NCBI GenBank assembly: GCA_977862235.1
Contig: OZ374558.1
Coordinates: forward strand, 124,001-188,000
Direction: 5' to 3'
Length of the DNA: 64,000 nt
Source: Dudresnaya verticillata
Taxonomy: Eukaryota
Shown: positions 11,655 through 22,249 of the stretch, one piece after another
Position numbering within the stretch: position 1 is the stretch's first letter
Layout: every line of letters starts with the position of its first letter
Notes under the pieces: generated by a model
Seen by the model: the letters and a program-made list of their open reading frames with translations, nothing else
The model's database searches: none
What the model was told of the DNA's origin: nothing
Translations under genes and position numbers: made by a program

Positions 11655-13110
11655 AATCCCACTAGAAACAATATCATTCAGAATTTTGTTCGGGCCTTCC
11701 TTGGTGAAAGCATCTGCCGGGTTTTATTGGGATCTAATAAACCTGACGTCTAATATCTCGCGTTCATCATAAGCATTTCTAGTTTGTGTCTCGATGCGTC
11801 TACACTGGTGAAAAGACCTTACTGGGGATAGCGAGCCCTGCCGAGCGTCCTGAAGCAGCAACAACCCCATACACCATCTACCCGAAAGGGGTTTCTACGG
11901 GTCTGTGCAACTTTTAGCACTATATTTGGCACTTTACTGTTTGGGGCTGAACCATATGGTGTTACCAAATTTAGAGGTTCTGGAGGGGATATAAGCACTA
12001 CAGTCCAGCTTAGACAACCCCTCCGTCTCCCCTAAGTTCTTTCCTTCGTTCTCCCGCCCACCCACCCTTCATATTTCTCGACTTCAAGTCCTTCCTTCGT
12101 TTCCATAATTTCTGTTGAGCATTCTTTCTGTTTGTTGTTAGTCATTGCATTCGACTACTCTTCTTCTGCAACAATAAAAGTAGTCACTTCCTTTTCACCC
12201 GAGGTAATGTCGATCATTAGACGCTTTTCAGCAGTGGATGATGCCTTGGTAATGACATCAAACAAACTCTTAGAATCAGTGAACATAGTGAGCGGAATGT
12301 TCTTCTTCAATATCTCACCAAGGTCATACTTCAGAGTAAATGCGAAGTCGATTGCGTCAGCAAAAGCGTAGGCCTCCCCTCCTAATACTGACCTGACAAC
12401 CCTCGGGCTCTTGTGACTTGAGAAATGGATTGCATTGCACTTTTCGGAAGCGTCTGTCAGTAGTACCAGATATCCAAGCTGGGATGTTTGGTCTTCGTTA
12501 TTGGCGTAAGAAGAGTCAGCGTATACTTTGAGCTTCAGAGTAGTCAGATCAAGCTTTTGGTACTCGACACCGAGGGCCGAATTCTTCAGCAGATGTTTAA
12601 TGATTCGGTTGAATCTCTTCACATAATGCCCATCGAATTTTTCTTCTGTAACCTGAGCTAATTTGTTCACAAGGAAGCAGATTTCTGGTCGGGAGTGAGT
12701 GACCCAGGATAACTTCGCTCTTCCGGACCTAAAATCTGAGAACGAACATTCCGAAGGGAGAATAGAGAGATTTCGGATGTAGTCTTCTTGCCCTGGTTTA
12801 AATCCGTCGGACAACGTTTTGACAGCAACTCCTGTAAACATTAAATTTTCAAATAGCCGTTCTCGTGACTCAAACTTCTTAAGAGATTTTCCCGAGAGTT
12901 TCAGGAAGTCACTGATTCCACAGAGTAGGGAGTCATCAATATAAGAGCCAGTCATACCTGCGAACTTTCCGTTAATGTATCTGAAAAACAAAGATACATC
13001 GCTTACAGTCTGCAGCATTAGTAGGTCCGTTTTGAGATGAAGTAGCATAGTTTGATTCCAATAATCTCCGGAATCGGGTAAGCCGTAGAGGGGCTTTGTA
13101 GTAGAGCTGT
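11655..13110 (-). mobile_element. Ty1/Copia RT-RNaseH remnant
   Basis: KPLYGLPDSGDYW, GSYIDDSL, YADSSYANNED, TDSKSLFD, KRLMIDITS, then after the insertion RNAYDEREI...NPADAFTK. PPT-like AGTGGGATT then TG at ~11654 marks a putative 3' LTR extending leftwards. Confidence 0.9.
11784..12199 (+). repeat. ~415-bp repeat, copy 2, inserted without TSD into the Copia RNaseH
   Basis: Removing it rejoins ...MIDITS-(T/A)RNAYDERE in frame. The flanks are not duplicated. Confidence 0.88.
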
Positions 13111-14000
13111 TGTGGTGCAAACGCGTCCGATGACGAACTGCACCTCCGGACCGTCCATTTTCCGGTGGGTGGCCGCTGGAAGCGGGTAGGGTGGTAGAGC
13201 AGAGGGAACTCGCCGAGGGCGGACTGTAAACGCCCTGGGCGGTAAAAGAGAAAACAAGAGAACAAAGGGGAAAAAGGAGGGCAGAGAGAAACACGTCGTG
13301 GACGCAGTGCGGACGCGGAAGCGCGGTAGGTCAGACGCTTAGGCCTCAAGGCTAGCGAGTAGGTACGCGTAGCGCGAGAAGGGTGGTCTGGACCAGGGCC
13401 GGCTTGCCGGGAGTTTACCTCAACGTCTGGGACGGATCAACTAAGTATAGAACTACCTAGCGGCGGCGGTGCGTGCGCGCGCGCCGCGCGGGAGCTCGGG
13501 ACACGTGTTGTCCCGAGGCGTGTCTGACACATCACGCGTAGGTCACCGCTCGAGCCCTTACACGTACACGTGGATGTACCTCCTTACAGCCGCACGCGTC
13601 CTGTGGGGCGTGCGATCTCGATCCGTACTAATCCCGATCCAATCCGGATTCGGGCCAGCCACGCGGATGCGCCAGGCTTACAGGCGCGTGCCTTACACCT
13701 CTTGATCCCGATTTCTGATCTCGATGCGGGATCCCGATTAGATCCGGATCCGGGCCACGCTTACAGCGAACGTTCCCGCCACTGTGCCATGCGCGTACGC
13801 GTGGCGCCGTGCAGTGCTGCGGAGTCGGGCGTGCGGTCTGTACGCCAAATGAGCCGTTTTGGCCCGGGTGGCCAGCGGCATGCATCGGTGACGTGTTTGC
13901 GCCGCGGGCGGGTTGAACGCGCCGTTGGCGGTCGCCCGTCGGTAGACGCGGACATTTCAACACGCTGAAAGCGAAAAAGGGGGACCCCCCTGGCACTACA
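13111..14000 (-). mobile_element. 3' LTR of a minus-strand LTR retrotransposon (family A-related)
   Basis: Termini TGTGGTGC...GCACTACA. A polypurine tract (GGAGGGGA on -) lies adjacent at ~14004-14011. Shares the GGCGGACTGTAAACGCCCTGGGCGG motif with family A. Confidence 0.8.
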
Positions 14001-14780
14001 CGATCCCCTCCGAAAAAGCGAACACGTCAACCTGCTTCAGCCTTCCTGCTTTGCTGCTTCTTCGCCGGTCGCCTTGGTCTTCCGCGCCTACGCGTTTGCA
14101 CTTGCCCGCCTTTGGTGTTGTTTGAGCCCCGTCGAAGACACGCATTCAGCTTCCCCCGCCGTTGGCGTAAAAACGTTTCCCGTCGAAGACGTACAGTTGA
14201 CTAACTTCGCCAGTGGCGTTCGTGAAACCCCGTCTTTGACGTCGTATCTGTGCGCGCGTTCGTGCACCCCCCACCTAGGGTGTGTCTTTGAGTTCCGCCT
14301 TTGGCGTTGTTTGGTCCAACGTCGTTGACGTGTGTTTGTTTGTTTCCGCCTTTGGCTTAATCGACTCAACTTCGGAGTAAAGACCGTCGTTGACGTATCC
14401 TACGAACTCCGCCAGCGGCGTGTGATTGTTGAGCGTCACAGACGTAATGGCGCAATTGAACGGCCTGCAAGTGGCTGCGCCTTCGACGGCGCCGGTGTAT
14501 CCGTCACCATTCGACTTTGTCTGGAGGACTCCCCGCAGCGATGCACGATTATTTTCGCGGGCCCCTGGTTCGACCAGGAGGCCCTGCGGCACTAGGATCT
14601 CATTACCCGTTACGCTGCGAGCGGATTTTTCCAGGGGAGTTACCCTTGGCCGTTGTGTGGACGAACGAGTGGCGTCATCGGTGGGCCATTCCGAGAGGCT
14701 GGCTGCGTATTGCAGCCGGTCAGACGCGTGCAGACGCGCATGCGCACTTCGTCGTGGACGTATATCGGCGGTTTACCAGC

Positions 14781-16179
14781 TGATACGCGGCGAATGAGCG
14801 ATGGTCTCGATGACCACTGCGCAATGCCGACGGAAGCGTCCGGATGACCCTCCTCAAACATTCTTGTTATTGCAGTCCCTCTTAAACCGTGCAACACCAT
14901 ATGGTCCTTTCCCCCAGATCCAAGAACACAACATTGCCGACATGCATTCTTCATGTAGGTACGGAATGAGTTCCGCCCCAAGTTGCAGTTCTTAAAAAAC
15001 TTTTGCTTATCATTCTGACGATGATTAACTGCAGCGAAAAAACTTCTGATCTCCTCCTCGAAATGAGCGCACTATTTCCACATACTCTTCAATATCTTTG
15101 TAGACGTTGACGAGGCCGCCTACCTGGGTTTGGTCCCAGATGTACATATCTGGTGTTTTGTCGTTTACGGCTTGCAGCCCCCCTCTCCGATTTGTAGACG
15201 ACCCATCCTGCCCACCAATCCTACCCACAATCCGCCAAGCTGTCTTGCCTCCAGCATTGACCTTTTCACATCTTCAAGCTTTATGCTGGACAATTCGGAA
15301 GGCCTGAATGCTGTTAAGAACGCGATGTTGAAAATCATGCGTGTGATGAAGCCTTTTGGGTGCGACTTGGAAAGTGCAGTGGAGCTATACAGTTTCTTGA
15401 TATCTGAAGGCGAGCATACGTTGTGACTTTTGCGCGTCATTCCGTTGCCCTGCAGATACCGGATCTTGTTATCTAGAACTGTCATCACACCATTCTCCCG
15501 ATTACCAAAAATTGGTCCCGACATGATATTGACTTCCACATTCCAGACCTCGAGAATTGCTCTCTGTATTCCTGCAATGTAGCTACGCAGGGAAGTGGGT
15601 GATAGGTCTTGTTTGGAGGAATGTTGCCTGCAGTGAGCCACATATTCCACGAGAGCGGCATTCAGGCTCTCAAGTTGGGAGCGGCTGAAAACGCCGGGTG
15701 CATCCAGCTCTCCGAGAAGTAGATAGAGTTTAATGAGGGAAACACACTCTTCTAACAGATTGCTGCGTCTCGCCGGGGGCAGTGCTGGATCTTGTAGCTC
15801 ATTCACCTTCTCTTGTTTCCAAACCTTGTAATGTGCCACATAAAAAGCACAGAAAGAGCGGAAGGATGTACGGGTGGCGCGCTGTGTGTTCTCTGGGACA
15901 TACTGTCCAAGAAGTGCTTGAGCTTCCGCTGTGTGTGGTGTTTTTCCACCTGAGATTATGTCAGGTCCGAGAGCTGAGGCTTGGCTGGGTTCGAAGAAGG
16001 AGGAAGGGCGCGGCAAAATGGGAATCGAAACGTCTCGCTCTCCTTGGACAAAAATGCATTCAAGGAAAGCATCGGGATCCATTTTTGACACACGTGACCA
16101 GATGAGAGCCCCGTTAGAAGGTAGGGAACCTACGGTAAGGCTGGAATCAATTTTTCGCCAGTGCGACAAGCACGTGATA
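14781..16179 (-). mobile_element. Crypton-like tyrosine recombinase DNA transposon bounded by TGATA direct repeats
   Basis: TGATA at 14781-14785 and 16175-16179. Excision restores the host frame (GGLPAD|SPALRTLIGPRL). Encodes a YR with no RT and no TIRs. Confidence 0.8.
14783..16082 (-). pseudogene. Crypton/DUF3504-like tyrosine recombinase (frameshifted)
   Basis: ATG at 16082; VPENTQRAT; LSPTSLRSYIAGIQR; AFRPSEL (R, 15303-15305); NRRGGL; HGLRGTAIT (H, 14889-14891); RSGHRD; AAY (Tyr codon 14783-14785). Frame breaks near 15250, 15020 and 14828. Confidence 0.85.
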
Positions 16180-18639
16180 GCCCCGCCCTTCGAACGCTCA
16201 TTGGACCTCGTCTCAAATTGGTCCACTCGGCTCCGCCTCGTGGACCGATTTGATTGACGCCCGCCGTCTTTGAATTTGACGCAGCGAATTACCGCACCAA
16301 TGGTGAGGTTGGGTATGGGGACCGTCTTGAGACGTTGGCACTGAGCCATGTGGCTGTTTTGGCTGAGCCGCGGGTGCTTCAGGAGCCTAACCTCCTTTCT
16401 GTACGCTTTAAAACGGATTTCCGATACCTCCATAGGACAGGCACCTTCTATTGGGAGCGCTGCGTCCGTTGCGAGTGCGAAACGCGCCGCCGCAAAGGCG
16501 TTTTAGTGCCGTATCAAGATATGCAACTGGATCGCATTGAGCATGAAAAGTTGCCGCACTGTTTCATCCGTGTACCGCCGTTGTGGCGGGACTTTGAAGC
16601 CTGCGACGGCTTTGCGGCTGAACTGCCTCCGTGTGTCACGTATATCGGCTCCGAGTTGCGGACGGATCCGTACTCCCGATGTGTGATCGTATTCTTCACC
16701 GAGTGGGTTATTAATGTGACCTACGCATGGATGCGGGAGGTTTATGACACCTTCCGCATCTATTACGTACCGCCACGGGTGGTCAGCCTCTTCGGCGGGC
16801 TCGACTGAGTCGAAGTGCTGGGCGGTGCCAAGAATTGCCAAGAGTTTTGGGACCTACGCCATGTGGCGGATAACGTCAACTGGGACGATCCGGCTATAGT
16901 GCTGCCGAACAACAGTCGCCGTAAGGAAAACCGTCCGCGTTACGCGATGAGTAGAAAACCTTCCGCCTGTGGCGATTGGGTGTGGTATAACCCGTGGACC
17001 AAACGTCTTACGACGGAGAATATTGCCGAAAGCCATCGTCGTACGGACCGCTTCATGCCAGCGAATCACTCACGCGGGTTACGCAAGAACTGCGACTTTG
17101 CCGGCGACTTCCCGCCCCTCTTGATCGCCTTGATGGCAGAGAAGGATGCGTTCCACGCTAACAGCAGACCGGTTAACCCTTCTGGGACGGAAGTCAGTAC
17201 ACCTATGGCGGTTGAATCTGCTGCGGGGGCCGTGGCCCCTTCGACCACTTCGCCAGCGGCGGTAGTACCGGCGGCTGTCGATCCCGTTGGCTTGCCGTCG
17301 GTTGCGCCGTTAGACATCGCGGCGCCCATCAGTGACGGTGATGATGATGTCATCATGTCTACGCCAGCGGTGAATTCTGCGTCTGCACTTACGCCTCAAG
17401 GCGGATTGCTTAACGTCGCGGACGGTCCGCATCGCCCCTCTGCAGTGCCCGTATGGACTGAAGAGCAGCGCCGCACGGTGCTCGAATTCTTGCGAGCGAC
17501 CGGTGTCGTCACTGTCGGGTCAGGGCGGAACATCCACGACGCCCCTTGGGCACTCGCTTCTCGCTGCTCTGCGTCCCAGCGTTGCTGTGGTGCCGGAGTC
17601 GACCGTCGTTGCGATTGTGCCGTCTAAAGAAAGGTGAGGCGTCTAATGACGGAATGGCGAAAAAGCCGGTGTCGCCTAAGGCGGGTTGCGGGGTTCGTCC
17701 GCCATTGCGTCTACTGAAGTTGTTAGAAAAAGTCCGCCAAAGGCGAGTTCGGTGAAGGCGCCTACGGCGGTTCCGCAGTCTCCAGTACCCTCTTCGTCAG
17801 TGATGGGTGTTGAACGTTCAACGCCTTTGGCGGTTAATGGGGTCCCGTCACCGGAGGTGCCGGGGCCGTCGACTTCTCCCAAGGCGGTTGAGGATGCTCC
17901 GCCGTCAGAGGCGAGTGAGCTCCCTGGTGCAGCGCCTAAGGCTGTTAACAAAGCGTCTTCGCCTAAGGCGGGGTTGAGTCAGCCACGTCGCCAGCGGCGG
18001 ATGTCGCGACTTCGACACCGGTGTTTGTGGCGGGTCCCTTGCGGTCTGTCCCTGCACCGGCTGCGAGCGCACCGTCGGTGACGGAAGGCGACCTCTATGA
18101 AGAGGCGTTAAGAGAGTCCGCCAATGGCGTCGGGGATGATGCCCCATCTGAGCCGTCTGCGACGAAAAAGCCGTAGCGTTATCGGATCGTTAGAACGGTT
18201 AGCAGACGCGAGAGCGCGTGTGGTGTCGCTTTGACTACCCCGCAGCGGGGTGGTGAGCGAGGAATTCATATGTCATAGACGGTTAGTGCAGCGTCTCGCG
18301 ACGTAGGTCTTCAAAAACAAACAGAAGTATACATCTCAGCGGCAATGTATCCATTTGGTACCACAACAGTTTCTACGCTTCCCATATTATATGTAATATT
18401 CACACCCGCAGTGCAATGAAAACTCAGCAGCAGCAGCAAAGCTCACCACGTATTGGCTCAGACATGCTTCTTACAGCCGACACGTGATTTCTTAATTTAG
18501 TCCTTTACTTTTGTGCGATTGCGACCCCGCGCTGAGGACTCGGGGCGTACCATACCAGCACTTAGTGTCGTCCCACTCCGGAGGTGGGGGTCTACTAGCG
18601 CGTAGCGCCACCCCCGCCGAAGGCGGTGCAACTTGCCTT

Positions 18640-19400
18640 CAGGTAATCATTTGTGGTAGCGCTTGTGGAAACTTGGGGACTGTTTGAAGCAAATGTAAGT
18701 GGGAACTGTTTTAAGCAGATGTAAGAACGGAAATGCTTTGTCCGTTATCCAAGGTAGAGTTGGCAAGGAGCACGAATGCAGTAAGCGATTCAGGGAGCGG
18801 ACTATTGCTTGAATAAGCGTTGAAATTGGAAATATATAGCATGTAGGCCCCCTCTTAGAGTTCAGGAGGGTAATAACATTTTGGTAGACTTCACTGACAA
18901 CTGACAGACCATCTTGCTTGAACACAGTGTTGACTACGGCCTTAGAGTCGATTTCTGATTCTATGCTATCATCTGGAATAGAATCTCATAGATCTTTCGC
19001 TCCGCCGTCCAACTGATATTGTAGGATAACCCCATGTAGCTGAGCGGGTATCTTATGTGAGTTAGAATCGCGCAAACGGTCATGAAATGCATTCCACAAA
19101 CTCACGGATTGGGCAGAGTCCTCTTGATTACCTTTTCCATCTGTCCACGGTACGTTCCTTATGTCCCAAGAAAATAGTGCACGAGAGGGCAGGATGGTGG
19201 TTGATTCTGGGCCCAGAACTGTGGACAGAAATGAAATAAGGGACTCCTTGATACCATCCTTGCCGCATGCGAAACCTGTTTTGCTCTTCACTGTTCTTCT
19301 CAAGGTTATAAATCTCTCTGGTACAGCAATTCATTATCTAACCGTACCTGTTTTAAAACGTTCTTCGTTGTTCCCCGTGCCCCTATTTCTACATGCTACT
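18640..19400 (-). pseudogene. Copia gag remnant, possibly from the same element as 11655-13110
   Basis: VPWTDGKGNQE..SVSLWNAFHDRL...GVILQYQLDGGAKDL and FKQDGLSVVSEVY...LLNSKRG look gag-like. Same strand as, and upstream of, the Copia RT. Confidence 0.6.
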
Positions 19401-22249
19401 ATCCTATGAACAGTTCTTCCCCCCTCGGCCACCGTTCTTTTCCTGGTATTGTCTTGTCCATTTACCGTCAAGACCACTAGAGGTTTGCGATGGCTCCTGG
19501 ATATGGTTCTATCTCTCTTTTAGTCTGGATTGGATTGAGGACACTTGGGTTCCAAATCATTTACCATATATCTCTGCATGTGAGTAGAAACACATACATA
19601 TCTATGTATGCCTTACTACTCACCTCTTATTACGAAGTGTTAAATGCGTCGTTGGAATTGATGAGGGAGATATTTCTAGTTGATTGACGTCTACACAGGG
19701 CCAGAAGCCCCATCTGTTCCGCGCATGTTTTCGACCCACAAGTGATGTCGTGAACGATAGAGCGCCTTTATCGCGAAGAAACGCTGGAAAATCGAGCTTG
19801 GGTGAAAATGATTAGGACTGGGGGAAGTACCATGACAGGTACCATCGCAACAAAGTTGCCTATAGCTCTCCCCAACCAACAGTTTTGGAATGATATTCGA
19901 TGTGTGTGGGAGAATGAGCCGCTCGGGGCTGTACTCCCTACACGTGGCGTGCACTTGCAATATACTGTAATGCCGGCGCGCACTGGCCTGCTATAAGTAC
20001 CAGAACATTGCTAGAAGCACCGCGGTGCGGTTTTTAGAGTTCCCTGTTATTGGCCGATTTATCATGACCGTGCGCACAGGCATGCGCCCGATTCGTGGGC
20101 ACGGTAATCTATTCTCGCATGCGCGAGGACGGTGTACAACCACTTATTTACTAACTGCAATTATTATGCTAACTGAGATAGCTTAGAATGGGAATAGCGA
20201 CGAAGGCGCTTTCGGCCTTCGTCATATTTATTGCGCCCCGACTAGTATGGGTCTGTTGAAAAGAACCCACAGTGGGTTTCGGGTTTGTACCCTTTTTCTG
20301 GTTTCCATGGGCTCTCCGTACCTTTTGCCCCTTCCAGTGCTTTTCGGACCCTCATCACGTACGACTACGTACTCTACGCAAGTTAGGGTGGGGCCGCCCC
20401 TTTCCCCTTTCATTTAGGTCCGTGTTCCTGTTTCCCTTACTTTTCAAGTGTCTACTAATCCCCTTTCCTGAGATACCCAAGTTAGGATGTCTGCGCCACC
20501 AGGACTGGTGATGGTATACGTGGGCGTTCGGTGTTCGTGCTTACGAAATCATAATGCGTGTTAGGAGTGGCACAGGAGTTGTGACGGACTGTCTAAGATT
20601 GACAGGAGCCATTCAAGAGGTGTAATGTTTACGTCTGAATTTTGATGAAATCTTAATGGCAGCTCCCTGGAAGGGATCAGGAAGCGATACGGGAATTCAA
20701 GCAGACATAATCTGTGGCATGAAATGTTTATCAGGAGACTTCGTAAGGGTCTCTTGAACTATTGAAATCAATCAGTTCTATAGATATTACTTTACGTTCA
20801 GTAGTACAGAGTGGGTACGGAATGTTTATTATGTTCCTGGCGCGTCTCCTGCCACCTTCGCGGTGCGGAGGACAGGCGGAGTTCAGTTTAGGCTGATTTC
20901 CCTCCACTCAAAAGTACATATAATGCACTTGAGGAGTTGCACAAGTAAACGCAACAACAAGGCAACACAAAGCACCAGTTCCTGACTCTCGTTAACGCCT
21001 TTGCCCATTTTTGGTCCAAAATGGAGCGGTAGCACTTGCAATAACGTAAATAGACCAAATAGTAATACGGAGTATCCAAGACTGGATGGTACACAGGTAC
21101 ACAATTCTAACCGATAATGGATTTCTAACGCGGAAAAGGCCATTTGCGCTAGTCATCTTCTTATGTCCATGTGGTTTTAGTTTTCGTTTCAAAAAACTCC
21201 TTTTTCCGTTTTTGGTGCTCAGTCTCCTCACAAGATGGATTCTGAAAGAGGGATAGACCTCTCCCCTGTCGAATTGAGAAGCTTGCATCCCACAACTACT
21301 ACATAGGGTCTCGAAAAACGAAGCTAGTACTCCGCACCAAGGGGCTCTGGGGAATTGTTTCGGGAACCGGCCAGAGGCCGCAAGATGCTTCTGCTCACGA
21401 CGATGAGAAGTTCCAGCGTCTCCATACTCACTATGGATAACTCAATTGGTGCCCGTGTAGTTAGCCTCTGTGAAGCTCAGAAAGTTTGAGATACTCTTGA
21501 GTATATGTTTCAGGTTATCTGGGAAGAATCCATTGATGCACATCTGACGCAGTACCAAGGTAGAAGACGTTTGTGATGATAGCGGGCACAACGTGTGAGG
21601 AGTGCATCTCCCAACTCGTCTTTGAGTCAATTATCATCTTGCAAGATGACGGAAGTTCAGAAAGTGAGAACGTTATTCGGCATTGTAACTGCAAACAGAA
21701 ACAAGAAATTAAACTACTGGAGACAACCCGGTCATATCAAGTTTTAGGGTTTCGACAACCCAGAAAGCCCGCGATACTGGCCTCTTGATGCAAATGAAAA
21801 CCCATAAGGTCGTTTCCGCAGCCAAAGCTCGAAACATGAACGGAAGGGAACAGAAGAAACTGATTCTGCTGACACCGCAACGAGTGGATCAGGCTTCATA
21901 ACGTTTATCTCAAAATGTGAACTGCTAACACTACTGTTCCTCCTTCGTCACCATATGAATGGTATTTTAGCAGAAGCAGTTTTTGATTGCTGCAAGAAGG
22001 TTCTTCGAAGCCATGGAATACGCTCTGCAGCTCATGGACAGACTCTCCAATCAGACTGGTTCGAATGAAGGGTCACGCGGCTTTGGCAGCGACCCTGTGT
22101 CAAGCTCTTGTGCAGCGCACAGGCTGCACACCGCCGCTTTCCGGCAACCGCAGCATAAGAGGACAGGTACGATCACAGTCCCTATTACTTGAGGCTGCTC
22201 GTCACCTTTGCTTCATCTCCCCCACCCACCCCAAGCACCTTATTTATAT

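Larger units (their letters stand above)
14332..17627 (+). pseudogene. Antisense accessory ORF of the LTR retrotransposon (unknown protein family), interrupted by the Crypton-like element
   Basis: A single frame with isolated stops: 14332-14785 joins 16180-17627 in frame once 14786-16179 is removed. Clear homolog at 56537-57897. Confidence 0.7.

Noticed and set aside
6644..12199. The two ~415-bp direct repeats as paired LTRs of one element
   Set aside because: Copy 2 is inserted within a Copia RNaseH whose frame continues on both sides. There is no TSD, PBS or PPT.
12155..13294. The 379-aa ORF as an intact secreted or membrane protein
   Set aside because: It is a chimera: the N-terminus is LTR sequence (beyond 13110), the core is Copia RT/RNaseH, and the tail is the inserted repeat.
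15165..16433. The 422-aa ORF as one intact protein
   Set aside because: Its first ~85 codons are the antisense of the host accessory ORF outside the TGATA boundary. The likely start is ATG 16082, and the catalytic half is in other frames.
19691..19960. Tc1/IS630-like fragment (EYSPE motif)
   Set aside because: Single weak motif with no TIRs or other DDE residues.
20883..21300. Possible Fanzor/TnpB C-terminal remnant (Cys-rich, GVNESQ resembling RDxNA)
   Set aside because: No convincing RuvC motifs or CxxC pairs in a consistent frame.
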